Of a DNA stretch of 64,000 nucleotides, positions 24,601 through 33,583 are shown in pieces. The stretch's first letter is position 1; every line of letters begins with the position of its first letter. The DNA is taken from the IMG/VR virus record IMGVR_UViG_3300009155_000038; one strand, given 5' to 3'. The translations under genes were made by a program, and so were the position numbers. This DNA comes from a virus. The notes under the pieces were generated by a model, which saw nothing but the letters and a program-made list of their open reading frames with translations, was not told the origin of the DNA and made no database searches.

Positions 24601-25328
24601 TCAGCGCATACTCCGCCTACGAGCCATTGTTCGCCGTGGTCAACTGTCTTTGTGGCGTAGAGCTTTTCCGCAAACTTTGCGTCCACGGCTTTCAGCCACT
24701 TTACCTCCGCGTCAGCAGCTTTCCGCAACTTGTGCCGCTGATTGCCAACAACCTTTAACGGCTTTAGCATCTCGGTTGTGATCAGCTCTTTCGTGGTGCC
24801 AATCACATTCAGCGCATCACGAAATGTGTTTTCTGCCGCACGCGCTGCATCGTGTTTTGTGCGCCACGTTTCGTAAGCTCTGGCAAACTGTGTTTTTTGC
24901 GCCGCAGTAAGCTGGTCAGCAATAATCATCCGGCGTTTGTAGTCTGGAGCTACTAATACGCTAATTGCGCAACGCAGGCCGTAAGAACAGTCCGACGCGT
25001 CGGTAATAATGACAGAGCAGTTATGTTCTCTGCTCGGCTTGCCTTCAAACGTCGGCTCTTTCGTCTTCTCTTCGCGGCGGTCTTTGTACTTGACAGCAAC
25101 AGCGTTGCCCCACTTTTCACAGACTCCGTCAAGATAGTCGTCTGCTTCGCGCTGCGTCTCAAACACGCGGTTACCGACCGTGATTCCGCGCAGCGTTGAG
25201 AAGGTGCCGTTGTAGGCGTTGCTGCCGTATTCATCGCGCAGGCTTTCTACGCGGCTGTTATATGCTTTCTCTAATTCTTTCGGTGTCAGCTTTCCGTCAA
25301 AGACTTCGGTGTGAAAACACGCGCCCAT
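24597..25328 (-). CDS. Hypothetical phage protein
   Basis: MGACFH...EYGSNAYNGTFST...CEKWGNAVA and C-terminal WLVGGVCAE, apparently with an internal insertion. Confidence 0.65.
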   Translation of the reverse strand: MGACFHTEVFDGKLTPKELEKAYNSRVESLRDEYGSNAYNGTFSTLRGITVGNRVFETQREADDYLDGVCEKWGNAVAVKYKDRREEKTKEPTFEGKPSREHNCSVIITDASDCSYGLRCAISVLVAPDYKRRMIIADQLTAAQKTQFARAYETWRTKHDAARAAENTFRDALNVIGTTKELITTEMLKPLKVVGNQRHKLRKAADAEVKWLKAVDAKFAEKLYATKTVDHGEQWLVGGVCAE

Positions 25329-25330
25329 TG

Positions 25331-25576
25331 TTACTCCGGGTTACTGAGATCCTGATTGGCCTGCCGCTCTTGGCGCGTCGGCTTGCGCTTGGGGAACTTG
25401 TCCGAGTGGCACACGTAACAGTGGCTCTGGCGGCAACCTGAGCAGCGCATCGTTTTACGGAAGCGGCCCACGGCTGGGACGTACTTGTTGTCGTCTGGCC
25501 CTAAACACCCTGCCAGTCGCTTATACATCTGCACGCGACTTTCAATGATATGCTTTTCTTCGTGGTAGCGTTTCAT
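25331..25576 (-). CDS. Small basic Cys/His protein (possible Zn finger)
   Basis: CSGCRQSHCYVCH. Confidence 0.6.
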   Translation of the reverse strand: MKRYHEEKHIIESRVQMYKRLAGCLGPDDNKYVPAVGRFRKTMRCSGCRQSHCYVCHSDKFPKRKPTRQERQANQDLSNPE

Positions 25577-27171
25577 TCTGTCTCCATGTCAAGGTGAAAC
25601 GTGCCGCCGTGCTGGGCGACAATATTCTGGACTTCAGCGTCTGTCAGCTCGAAAAATTCGCTTTGCCGGCCGTCATCGCGGCGCCGTCGTTTTGCTGCGT
25701 GTTCTCTATGCAAGCGAGTTTCCAGCGCTACGCAGTCTCCTGTCACAATATGACCGACAAGTATCAGCCCATGAATCCCGCACTCTAATTGTCGCTTACG
25801 TTCAGCAACTGTGCGGCTTGTACGCCCTATTTTAACAAACCCGGTATATGGCTCACGCAAGAAGTAAACGTATTCTTCTCGTGTGTTTTCTGCTGTCTCG
25901 TCTGGTTTTTCTGGACCTAAGAAACCAGTAGGAACACTTTCCAGTTTCTTAAGCAGAACCTTGGCGCCAGCGCGAAAAATTAACACCGGTTCTTTGCGGC
26001 CCGGGCCTGTCCAGTACAGCGCCATGTGCGGGTTGCGAATGTGTGGCGATATCTCTGTTTTTTTCTGCAGCTCTTTGCCAACAGAAAAGCCGCGACCTTG
26101 GATTTGTGCCGCTTTGTCTTCAAGCCATTTTTTTGCGGCGGCGTCTGTTTCTTTGTCGTAGCGTTCTTGATGTTTAGCCAACACGATTGGCGCGATTAGG
26201 TTATCGCCGCGATGGAGCATAGACGTGAGCATAGCCAACTTAAAAACAAATTCATGCACTTCTTGCGACTGAAACCCCATATAGGTTGGGTGCGATTTTC
26301 TATTCCCCGGATATATTTCTATGTCGCGCTGCGCCAAAATTGTTTCTTCAAGTGAGCGTAAAATACATTGCGCTCCCTCGGCTGAGTCATTAGTGTTTCC
26401 GGGAATCCGTTCAAAATTGCGTGAAAACCCAAATTGTTCGTCTGGCGACAATGGGTCTGGTGCCTGCAACGCTTGATATTGCATAGCGCGCTCAGTGTAA
26501 CCTGTTTGATCGCCAAAATTTAACGGAAATCTAGGTTCGTATGGGCGGAATGCGTTGTGAGCAACGCGGGAAAATAGCGCCGCAAGCGTAAACACGTCGT
26601 GCTTAGACTCGTCAGAGAGTGTATGCACATACTGCACAGTTGCTGTTGCGGCAACACCGCGCATGATGTCTTCGCCCGCAGAGTTGAAATACTCAGTATT
26701 TTTTGGCACATTGTGCGGGTGGCCTACTGTAAGCAGAATTGTTTTGATGCCGTACGGTTCATGACCTGCCGGAAAACGAAATAACATTGTTCGGTATGGC
26801 AAGTTTAAAAAGGCGGCAGAGACTTGCAGTTTTGTATTCCGCACTAACTTTTCAACAATTGGATACACGTTGTAAAACGGCCGATCTGATTCAAGCCATT
26901 CGTATTCTGATAGCGCTGAGATATGTTCGCGTTCGCTATCGCCTTGGCACTTGGCTTCGTACTTACCGCCTTTAATATCAAGCGGCGGTTGTTTTATGAC
27001 ATGCTCAAGTACTTCTTTGCTGCTACGTTTGCGCGCGTTTTGTATTGATGTTGTATACATTACGCTGCCGGTAAGAACGGACAAAGACTCAGGCCGCCCA
27101 GCTGCTTTTAATTTTTGTTGACAATCCGCAATTATTCGACTTTTTGCACTTTCAAAATCATGGAACCGCAT
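25573..27171 (-). CDS. Unknown N-terminal domain plus C-terminal GIY-YIG (T5orf172/MUG113-like) nuclease domain
   Basis: YVYFLREPYTGFVKIGRTSRTVAERKRQLECG...ALETRLHREHAAKR...SEFFEL. Confidence 0.72.
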   Translation of the reverse strand: MRFHDFESAKSRIIADCQQKLKAAGRPESLSVLTGSVMYTTSIQNARKRSSKEVLEHVIKQPPLDIKGGKYEAKCQGDSEREHISALSEYEWLESDRPFYNVYPIVEKLVRNTKLQVSAAFLNLPYRTMLFRFPAGHEPYGIKTILLTVGHPHNVPKNTEYFNSAGEDIMRGVAATATVQYVHTLSDESKHDVFTLAALFSRVAHNAFRPYEPRFPLNFGDQTGYTERAMQYQALQAPDPLSPDEQFGFSRNFERIPGNTNDSAEGAQCILRSLEETILAQRDIEIYPGNRKSHPTYMGFQSQEVHEFVFKLAMLTSMLHRGDNLIAPIVLAKHQERYDKETDAAAKKWLEDKAAQIQGRGFSVGKELQKKTEISPHIRNPHMALYWTGPGRKEPVLIFRAGAKVLLKKLESVPTGFLGPEKPDETAENTREEYVYFLREPYTGFVKIGRTSRTVAERKRQLECGIHGLILVGHIVTGDCVALETRLHREHAAKRRRRDDGRQSEFFELTDAEVQNIVAQHGGTFHLDMETE

Positions 27172-27186
27172 TTAGCATCCTTTCAG

Positions 27187-27627
27187 CTATGGCTCGCATA
27201 GCAATACGATTTTGCAGCCTCCCCTCTCCGCGATCTTGAGTACGGATTTGTGGTAGACAGCTACAGGTTTATCTCTAGCAACGTGGCCGGCGCTCATCAA
27301 GGCTTGCAGGCCGAGCTGGGCAAAACCTCGGTTTCGCAGCTCAGGATCGACAAAGCACTCGATGGTTTGGGCTGTGACCGGCTCGCCGTTGAGCTTTTCA
27401 GGCCACGGGCGTGTGCCGACCCAACCCGCCAGCACGGCGTTGCACCAGATGATGGCGATGGCCATCTCGGGGTGCGGGCCGGGCTCTGGATTGATGTAGC
27501 GCTTTTCCAGCTCTTTGCGAATCGAGCTGTCGCTTTTTGAATCCGGCCACGACAGCCGCGTGTAGATAGCTGTTACGTCAATCGTACGCAGCTCATTGAT
27601 ATCTTTAATTTTGATCCAGAAGTCCAT
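27187..27627 (-). CDS. GNAT-family acetyltransferase (putative)
   Basis: Motif A IECFVDPELRNRGFAQLGLQAL; start re-called at 27627 with GGAGG upstream. Confidence 0.68.
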   Translation of the reverse strand: MDFWIKIKDINELRTIDVTAIYTRLSWPDSKSDSSIRKELEKRYINPEPGPHPEMAIAIIWCNAVLAGWVGTRPWPEKLNGEPVTAQTIECFVDPELRNRGFAQLGLQALMSAGHVARDKPVAVYHKSVLKIAERGGCKIVLLCEP

Positions 27628-27663
27628 GTTAAATCCTCCAAGACTTAACACAGATTTTAACAA

Positions 27664-27736
27664 AGCCAGTGGCCGGGAACGATCCGGCGACATTCAGTTT
27701 ACAAAACTGACGCTCTACCAACTGAGCTACACTGGC
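27664..27736 (-). tRNA. tRNA-Thr (anticodon UGU), CCA not encoded
   Basis: GCCAGTGTAGCTCAGTTGGTAGAGCGTCAGTTTTGTAAACTGAATGTCGCCGGATCGTTCCCGGCCACTGGCT: acceptor GCCAGTG/CACTGGC, D arm GCTC/GAGC, anticodon stem TCAGT/ACTGA with loop TT-TGT-AA, T stem GCCGG/CCGGC. Confidence 0.92.
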
Positions 27737-27743
27737 AATCTAT

Positions 27744-28205
27744 TTATGTAAGAGCTGCAGCCTCCGGCCAATAGTATGGCAGATCTACAGGCTCTTGCCA
27801 CCCAAATTTTGAGTAGTACGCGTAGTCTTTGCGCAGCAGGTTGCTCCTGTGAGAAGCGTGGAACCTACGGCTGCCTATCCACGGCGGGTAATGATTGTGT
27901 ACCACGAGCGGGCGCATCCGGGAATAGACTGCCATGAACTCCGGGTGCAGGTTGTCGTTGAAGCCGCGGGAGATCCACTCACGGCAAACGACGGCGGAAT
28001 AAACCACTAGTGCTAGCTCATGCCCGGCCCACATCTTTACGGCCGGATGGTTGCGCCAGCGAGATACATAGGGTTCGTGCTGTCCGATACCCACGCCAAG
28101 CGCCAAGAGAATTTGTTTGCATTCGACTCGTTGCTTGCCGAGCCTTTTGTTATCTAAACACCGCGCTGAGACTCGAAAGCTTCTGCTCGGTAAGAAAGTT
28201 TGCAT
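27744..28205 (-). CDS. Pyrimidine-dimer DNA glycosylase/DenV-related protein (MSMEG_6728-like)
   Basis: MQTFLP...ARCLDNKRLGKQRVECKQIL...HPAVKMWAGH...FHASHRSNLLRKD...Y. Confidence 0.85.
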   Translation of the reverse strand: MQTFLPSRSFRVSARCLDNKRLGKQRVECKQILLALGVGIGQHEPYVSRWRNHPAVKMWAGHELALVVYSAVVCREWISRGFNDNLHPEFMAVYSRMRPLVVHNHYPPWIGSRRFHASHRSNLLRKDYAYYSKFGWQEPVDLPYYWPEAAALT

Positions 28206-28213
28206 AGCTCCTT

Positions 28214-28480
28214 CTATTCGTCGTCTGGGTAGTCCTCCGAGTCGAAATCCTCTTCGTACTCTGGTTCGTCATCTTCGTATGTCTCGTCCTCGTCTTCGTC
28301 TTTCCACTCTTCTTCGTCGTCTGTCTCGTCTTCATCCTCGTCTTCCGGGATAAAGAAGTTTGGCTTTTGCTGCGGTTCATCGTCATCGTCTTCATCGTCG
28401 TCACCGCTGACGAACTGCCACTCTTCCTCAATGAAGTCGTCGTCGAGTCCGTCGTCGTGCCGAGAATCCATATAGTTCAT
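28214..28480 (-). CDS. Very acidic small protein
   Basis: 88 aa dominated by D/E with interspersed F/W/Y. Confidence 0.65.
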   Translation of the reverse strand: MNYMDSRHDDGLDDDFIEEEWQFVSGDDDEDDDDEPQQKPNFFIPEDEDEDETDDEEEWKDEDEDETYEDDEPEYEEDFDSEDYPDDE

Positions 28481-28483
28481 GAT

Positions 28484-31117
28484 TTATCCGATGTCGCGCG
28501 CAGCTGAGTTATTATCGTCGGTCCAGAATTGCCTACACCACTTCTCGTCTACAAGAACGCCGGGCATATCTTGAATTAACTCTTCACCAGCAAACACGCC
28601 GGCGTTGGTCAGTAAATCTACAATTGCCAACCAGTTCGGCACCACGCTTTTGCCGTTATAAAAATACCTATCTATGGCCTTACGATTCAACCAGCAATGT
28701 TCTTTTTGCCGAAGAATGTAATTGTAAGGCTGGTCTTTGCGGCGTGGTCTTGGCAGCACATCGAGCTTTCCGGCCTGAATTCCGTTATTAATCTCGTGCA
28801 GCAGGGCGACGTGGGCGTGGGCTGGTGTAAGTAACTGCCCGGCGGCGTACTCGTGATTGAATGTCTTGCCGTATACCTCATCCAGCCATTTATGCAGGTC
28901 CAGCAGCACCGACGCCATGAGCGACGTGCCGGTTGTGGCAAGGCGCATGCGGTTCTGCAAGGCCCGCTGGATATAGGCGGGCAAAACGTGCCGAAGTGCC
29001 GAGAAATCCGTGGCCGGCGGCGGCGCTTCGCCTTGAATGACGTTCCAGCCATAACCGGGCGCGGAGGCAGCGCACAGTTGAGACAGGCGCACTACCGCGG
29101 CGTGGTTATGGCATTTTGTAATAGCGGCGCTAAACAGCGTGTCATCAAAAGCGCTGGACGCAAACAGCGGCCAGTCGATTTGTTTTGTGGCGTCGAATAG
29201 CTGCCGGCTCATGTGGTTCTTTTGCATGAGCGACGACTGGATTTGGTCGCAGTTAAGCGCCGCGCCAATCCGGGCTGCGGCACCAAAATTATTACCGATT
29301 ATTCCGACGGCCGTAAAATCCTGCCGCAGGACGGGCGCCAGTAGGTTGGCTGCCACGGCGCTGAATACATTCCAGATAAACCCGTTTTGATAACTTGGCG
29401 CCAAGAACTGATGAATGGCTGGCGGCGCAATCGGGGTCGGCTCTGGAAAGCTGTCGCGTTTCTTGGTCTGCGGCAGGACGACTGTCTGAGCAACGGCGCC
29501 CGTGTTTGTTATCTCGTACGGGCCAAACCGAAACACGCTGGCGTATTCGTCCCAGCCTAGTTTACTGGAGACGTTTACGATCTCTGGAGCGTGAAGCTGC
29601 AGGGCTAGGATATGGCTGCGCTTATTCCACGCGCGGTCGAAAATGACCAGCTTGCCTCGTGGCGCTAGTAGGGCCGCGCTGTAGGCCAGCAACCCCATGC
29701 GCTCGATCCGGCCTGCGCTGTCTGAGAATTCAAACTGCTCGTCATTTAAATAGATTATTCCGGCGTAGCTTTTCTCGCCGGTATCTGTGTGAATAACCTT
29801 GGAAATAACTGGGCGGATGGAGCAGATCTGCTGGCCTAGTTGATTCCACCAGCCGTTCTCGCGTTCGATGATCGTCCACTTCTTGTAGATACGTCCCGGC
29901 GCACCCGGCGGGCTTTTCAACGAAGACAATACACGGTCAGCGAAACCGGGCGAGAAGTTTGGCTCGAACTTGCGAAAGAACGCGTTGAGCTTGTCGTGCG
30001 GAATGGTCAGCCGGCGGGCGAAGGACTGCGCTGTAATCTCGTTCATGCCCGACAGCGTTTGATGCAGCCGGGTTTGCCACGTATCTGCGTTACGCCTGAT
30101 ATCCGACAGCCGGGCCATCGTGGGGTTAGCCAGTTTGTAGCTGTATGTCTTTGCTGGGGGTAATACAGCGACGTAACCTTTTGCTGCTTCCGCGCGACTA
30201 ATAATCTCGGGGGTTATAACAGTGCCCTGAAACAGCCGGGTCGCGGGTGGGAACGCTTGCCAGTTAACTCCGTGGCTAGTCGCCTCCGAACCGCTGTAGC
30301 TGCCCATGAGCGGCAGCAACGCCTGACCCTGCCGGAGCTGGCGGCACTGGGCGTTAAGCACCCAGAACGGATCGTCGATGATAAATTGCGTGCTTTTAAA
30401 TATCTCCATCGGCGGCAGTAACGTCGCGTGCAAGAGAAAATAGCCTGCCTCCGTTCGCCTGTTGTAGCTCGCAACCAACGGGATGAACTGGCTTTTGGAT
30501 TCGAAGTTATCAGCGTACTGCACCGCTAGAACGCCTGTCATTCTTCCCGGCAGGTCATAGAACGGAAAGATAATGCTGGGGCCGTTAGGGCGTAGTTTTG
30601 CGGGCTTTTGCCGCGACATTGCATTGCACAGCCGGTTTATTTGCTCGGGATGCGCGACGCCGACTAAGCCTTTGGCGTTGATCTCCGCCTGTACGCCGAG
30701 ATCATTGAGCTGGCAGGCTACGATGTCGTCGCCGTGAGTCCAGAGCTGGTCTGCTGTTTCAGCCCAGAAACTCTCCATTGTCACACGCCGAGATTGGACC
30801 CGCTCGTAATCCCCGGCTACATATGTGGAATCGCTACTGGATATAATGTCTAAGTCTGTAAACCGGTTTAACGCTTCGGGGAGGCTTGTATTCCATACAG
30901 CCGCGCCAAAGGTTATGATATCTCCATGAGCTGCACAGGCATTACAGTGCATCCAGATACCGTCGGTTACGATGTCATCAAATAAATGTAGCGCATTTTG
31001 CTGACATAAGGGACAATTCACCACGGCCGGGAACGTAGGGATTTCCGGCGCAACGCCCAATGCCGATAGGGCGGTTAGATGATGATGTCGGCGGATTAAA
31101 CAGGTAGGCAAACCCAT
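28484..31117 (-). CDS. DnaG-like primase-related protein (Zn finger, primase core, large C-terminal region), catalytic motifs degenerate
   Basis: CPLC...CNAC Zn finger; IIFPFYDLPGRMTGV resembles the DnaG IIFPI.D..G.V.GF motif; TOPRIM position reads FIIDDPFWV. Confidence 0.6.
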   Translation of the reverse strand: MGLPTCLIRRHHHLTALSALGVAPEIPTFPAVVNCPLCQQNALHLFDDIVTDGIWMHCNACAAHGDIITFGAAVWNTSLPEALNRFTDLDIISSSDSTYVAGDYERVQSRRVTMESFWAETADQLWTHGDDIVACQLNDLGVQAEINAKGLVGVAHPEQINRLCNAMSRQKPAKLRPNGPSIIFPFYDLPGRMTGVLAVQYADNFESKSQFIPLVASYNRRTEAGYFLLHATLLPPMEIFKSTQFIIDDPFWVLNAQCRQLRQGQALLPLMGSYSGSEATSHGVNWQAFPPATRLFQGTVITPEIISRAEAAKGYVAVLPPAKTYSYKLANPTMARLSDIRRNADTWQTRLHQTLSGMNEITAQSFARRLTIPHDKLNAFFRKFEPNFSPGFADRVLSSLKSPPGAPGRIYKKWTIIERENGWWNQLGQQICSIRPVISKVIHTDTGEKSYAGIIYLNDEQFEFSDSAGRIERMGLLAYSAALLAPRGKLVIFDRAWNKRSHILALQLHAPEIVNVSSKLGWDEYASVFRFGPYEITNTGAVAQTVVLPQTKKRDSFPEPTPIAPPAIHQFLAPSYQNGFIWNVFSAVAANLLAPVLRQDFTAVGIIGNNFGAAARIGAALNCDQIQSSLMQKNHMSRQLFDATKQIDWPLFASSAFDDTLFSAAITKCHNHAAVVRLSQLCAASAPGYGWNVIQGEAPPPATDFSALRHVLPAYIQRALQNRMRLATTGTSLMASVLLDLHKWLDEVYGKTFNHEYAAGQLLTPAHAHVALLHEINNGIQAGKLDVLPRPRRKDQPYNYILRQKEHCWLNRKAIDRYFYNGKSVVPNWLAIVDLLTNAGVFAGEELIQDMPGVLVDEKWCRQFWTDDNNSAARDIG

Positions 31118-32291
31118 GACAGCTATCCCGCTTGATCAGGCCCATGACGTCAGTGGTCGCGAGACACACCGGTTAACCGCCCTGTACCCGACACCCGACT
31201 TTGTTAAGTCGGCAGGTCAAGAGCGACTCCATGGCAACGAGACTCTCCCGCGCCATATGTACGCTGATCAGCACAATAAACTTTACCCTTGTCACACCGC
31301 GCCCGCAACATGGATGTCGGCGCTGTTCTTCTCTGACAAGCAAGCCCAGTTTAACGAAACTGAGGCCGCAACCATTAAAACTCGTATTCACAAGGCCGCC
31401 GAATACTTCGGTATTGCCGGCGCCGTGACCGAGCTGGAAGAGAAGATTGCCGCCAGCGCTGGGCTGGATTTGAACGCCCTGCCCGACTCGGACTTCGCCA
31501 TTGTGTGGCGGACGGATTCGGGCGCTGTCGAGCGCCACTGGCCGCTGCGGAACGCCGCAGAAGTAAAGTTTGCCGCTGCGCACTTCAAGTCGCACCGCGA
31601 CGAGTTTGTGTTTACAGACCGGCACACGATTGCCACCAAGATCCTCGAAAAGGCTGCCCAGTACGGAGCCGACACCAGCGACGCTGATGACTCGCTCGAA
31701 CTGGCTGCTGGCTATGGAATGTGCGCCGCCAAGATGGCCAGCGACATGCTCAAGGAGCGCGCCCGTCTGGCACAGCGCCAACACGCCGACCTTGCCGCTG
31801 AGCTGGTCAAGCTGGCTGCAGTTGTTGACCAGAACCCTGAAAAAGCACGGGAAACTGAAACCCGCCTGAAGCTCGCGGCTGTGGTCGACGGTTTTGATAA
31901 GAATACCAAGCTCTACCGGATGTATGACGCCGGTGGCCTGCCGCGCCCCGAAGAGGTGCTCTTCGCCGTCACCGAGAAGGTCGCTCGCGACTTCCTTGGG
32001 CAGAACGTCGAGACGACCACTGGTAACGTTTACGCCCTCGACGACCTTGAGAAGCTGGCCGTTGATGACGTCCGCGACTGGATGGGCGACGACTTTGCTG
32101 ACGCGGTAAGCGCCGGCGGCGTTTACATGGACCGCGAGAAGCTGGCCGAGATCGTCCCCACGCTGGATCGCGGCATGGCGGCTACCCTCGACCGCCTCAT
32201 GTCCGAGAAACAGGCAGGCGCGGTTGTTAAGTCAGCCGCGGTTGATACGCTGCTGTCGCTTGAAAAGCTGCACGAACTGGCTAACCGCTAG
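31116..32291 (+). CDS. Hypothetical protein (possible head/scaffold-associated)
   Basis: 391 aa, strongly C/G-ending codons, helical; AGGTAGG upstream. Confidence 0.75.
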   Translation: MTAIPLDQAHDVSGRETHRLTALYPTPDFVKSAGQERLHGNETLPRHMYADQHNKLYPCHTAPATWMSALFFSDKQAQFNETEAATIKTRIHKAAEYFGIAGAVTELEEKIAASAGLDLNALPDSDFAIVWRTDSGAVERHWPLRNAAEVKFAAAHFKSHRDEFVFTDRHTIATKILEKAAQYGADTSDADDSLELAAGYGMCAAKMASDMLKERARLAQRQHADLAAELVKLAAVVDQNPEKARETETRLKLAAVVDGFDKNTKLYRMYDAGGLPRPEEVLFAVTEKVARDFLGQNVETTTGNVYALDDLEKLAVDDVRDWMGDDFADAVSAGGVYMDREKLAEIVPTLDRGMAATLDRLMSEKQAGAVVKSAAVDTLLSLEKLHELANR

Positions 32292-32473
32292 TCGTCGTCG
32301 CTGCTATCGGGGCCCATGTCTTTCAGGTCTTCAATGACCTGCCAGCCTAGCTCTACGCTGCGGTCTTCGACATGGCGTCTGTTGGCGCCGGCTAGTTCTT
32401 CCGGCGTCCAGATAATGACTGCAAAGCCGCGGTTACGCAGCTCAGCAATGACTGCTTGTTCTTCTGGGGTCAT
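32288..32473 (-). CDS. Small hypothetical protein
   Basis: LRNRGFAVIIWTPEEL; stop shares CTAG with the plus-strand gene. Confidence 0.65.
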   Translation of the reverse strand: MTPEEQAVIAELRNRGFAVIIWTPEELAGANRRHVEDRSVELGWQVIEDLKDMGPDSSDDD

Positions 32474-32721
32474 TTCTCTTTTCCTATGAACTTGGCCATA
32501 AATAGCTCAATTGCCGACCGCGGCAGAGCTTCCGACGCATTAGATTTTGATAACTTAGGCGGCCTCGTATTCACTGTCTGTGAAGTTAGACCGCCAACTT
32601 CTGCTTCTGCTTCTATACGGCAGGTTTCAACATATTCCGACCACGCGTCGTAATCGTCTCGGTCCTGCGCTGATTCATACGGGATGTTTGGATCTTCAGG
32701 GAGTCTGTCGTTCCAGCCCAT
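32470..32721 (-). CDS. Hypothetical protein
   Basis: MGWNDRLPED...; ATGA overlap. Confidence 0.55.
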   Translation of the reverse strand: MGWNDRLPEDPNIPYESAQDRDDYDAWSEYVETCRIEAEAEVGGLTSQTVNTRPPKLSKSNASEALPRSAIELFMAKFIGKEK

Positions 32722-32896
32722 GATTGTTCTTCTTTTTCTTTTTATCGCCGGTGATTAACTCACCGCGCATGATGGAAACTGCAGAGGGAGCTGTGAGCCC
32801 GATCTTTACACGATCACCTTTGATCTCAATGATGCGTACAGTGACGCTATCGCCGATCATGATCGCTTCTTCCATCTTCCGTGATAAAACGAGCAT
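32696..32896 (-). CDS. csrA: Carbon storage regulator CsrA/RsmA homologue
   Basis: MLVLSRKMEEAIMIGDSVTVRIIEIKGDRVKIGLTAPSAVSIMRGEL matches the CsrA consensus MLVLTRK.GE.I.IGDDI.V.V..I.G..V.IGI.AP..V.I.R.E. Confidence 0.93.
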   Translation of the reverse strand: MLVLSRKMEEAIMIGDSVTVRIIEIKGDRVKIGLTAPSAVSIMRGELITGDKKKKKNNHGLERQTP

Positions 32897-32911
32897 CTTG
32901 CGCCTCTTTGA

Positions 32912-33583
32912 TTATTTAGACAAAGACTGTCGCAACATATCAACGACGTGCTGGGTGTTTCCATTTTTCAGGTGCAAGGCAGCCAGTTGTGCAACGAGCA
33001 ATTCTGTTCTGAACTTGATGGTCTGATTGATGTCTTCGGTCTTCCCAGCCTCGACGTCATAAATTGCACTGAACATCTCTGGATCGTCTGAAAAGTCTTT
33101 GATTGACGTGGACACGTTGGCCACGCGCAGGGCGATCCTCAAGATGTCCGGCGGATTAATGATACCCTCGCCGTCGAGCACAGATCCGATGTAGGCGCGG
33201 ATTTCGTCCGTAAATGGTTCTGGGTCATCATCTTCCGGCGGCGAAATCAGCATGGATTCCGTGATTCCCCACGCCACTTCTTCGGCGTCAGCCGGGTCGA
33301 ACGTGTCGGGTTGGAAGGGGTCGCCGTCGAGGACATTGCAGAAAGCGATGAAGTCCGGCAGCTGTTTGAAGAACCTGTCCGTGGTCAGGAGCTGGATCGC
33401 CACGATGAGTTTGTCGAGCGCCAGCTGCGGCAGATCGACGTCGAATTCTTCTTCGACTTCCATAGCGATGGTAGCCGGCTCCCACGTCAGTGCCTCGGTG
33501 CCGAACCGGTCCAGAAACATCGTCAACAGTACAGTTGCGAATGTTTCCTTACTGCGCCACGCTTCCTGCATTATTTTTGACAT
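32912..33583 (-). CDS. Conserved hypothetical phage protein
   Basis: 223 aa, strong codon bias, acidic. Confidence 0.7.
   Translation of the reverse strand: MSKIMQEAWRSKETFATVLLTMFLDRFGTEALTWEPATIAMEVEEEFDVDLPQLALDKLIVAIQLLTTDRFFKQLPDFIAFCNVLDGDPFQPDTFDPADAEEVAWGITESMLISPPEDDDPEPFTDEIRAYIGSVLDGEGIINPPDILRIALRVANVSTSIKDFSDDPEMFSAIYDVEAGKTEDINQTIKFRTELLVAQLAALHLKNGNTQHVVDMLRQSLSK

Noticed and set aside
28117-28431. Alternative-frame Arg/Thr-rich ORFs
   Set aside because: By-products of the low-complexity GAC/GAA repeats of the acidic gene 28214-28480
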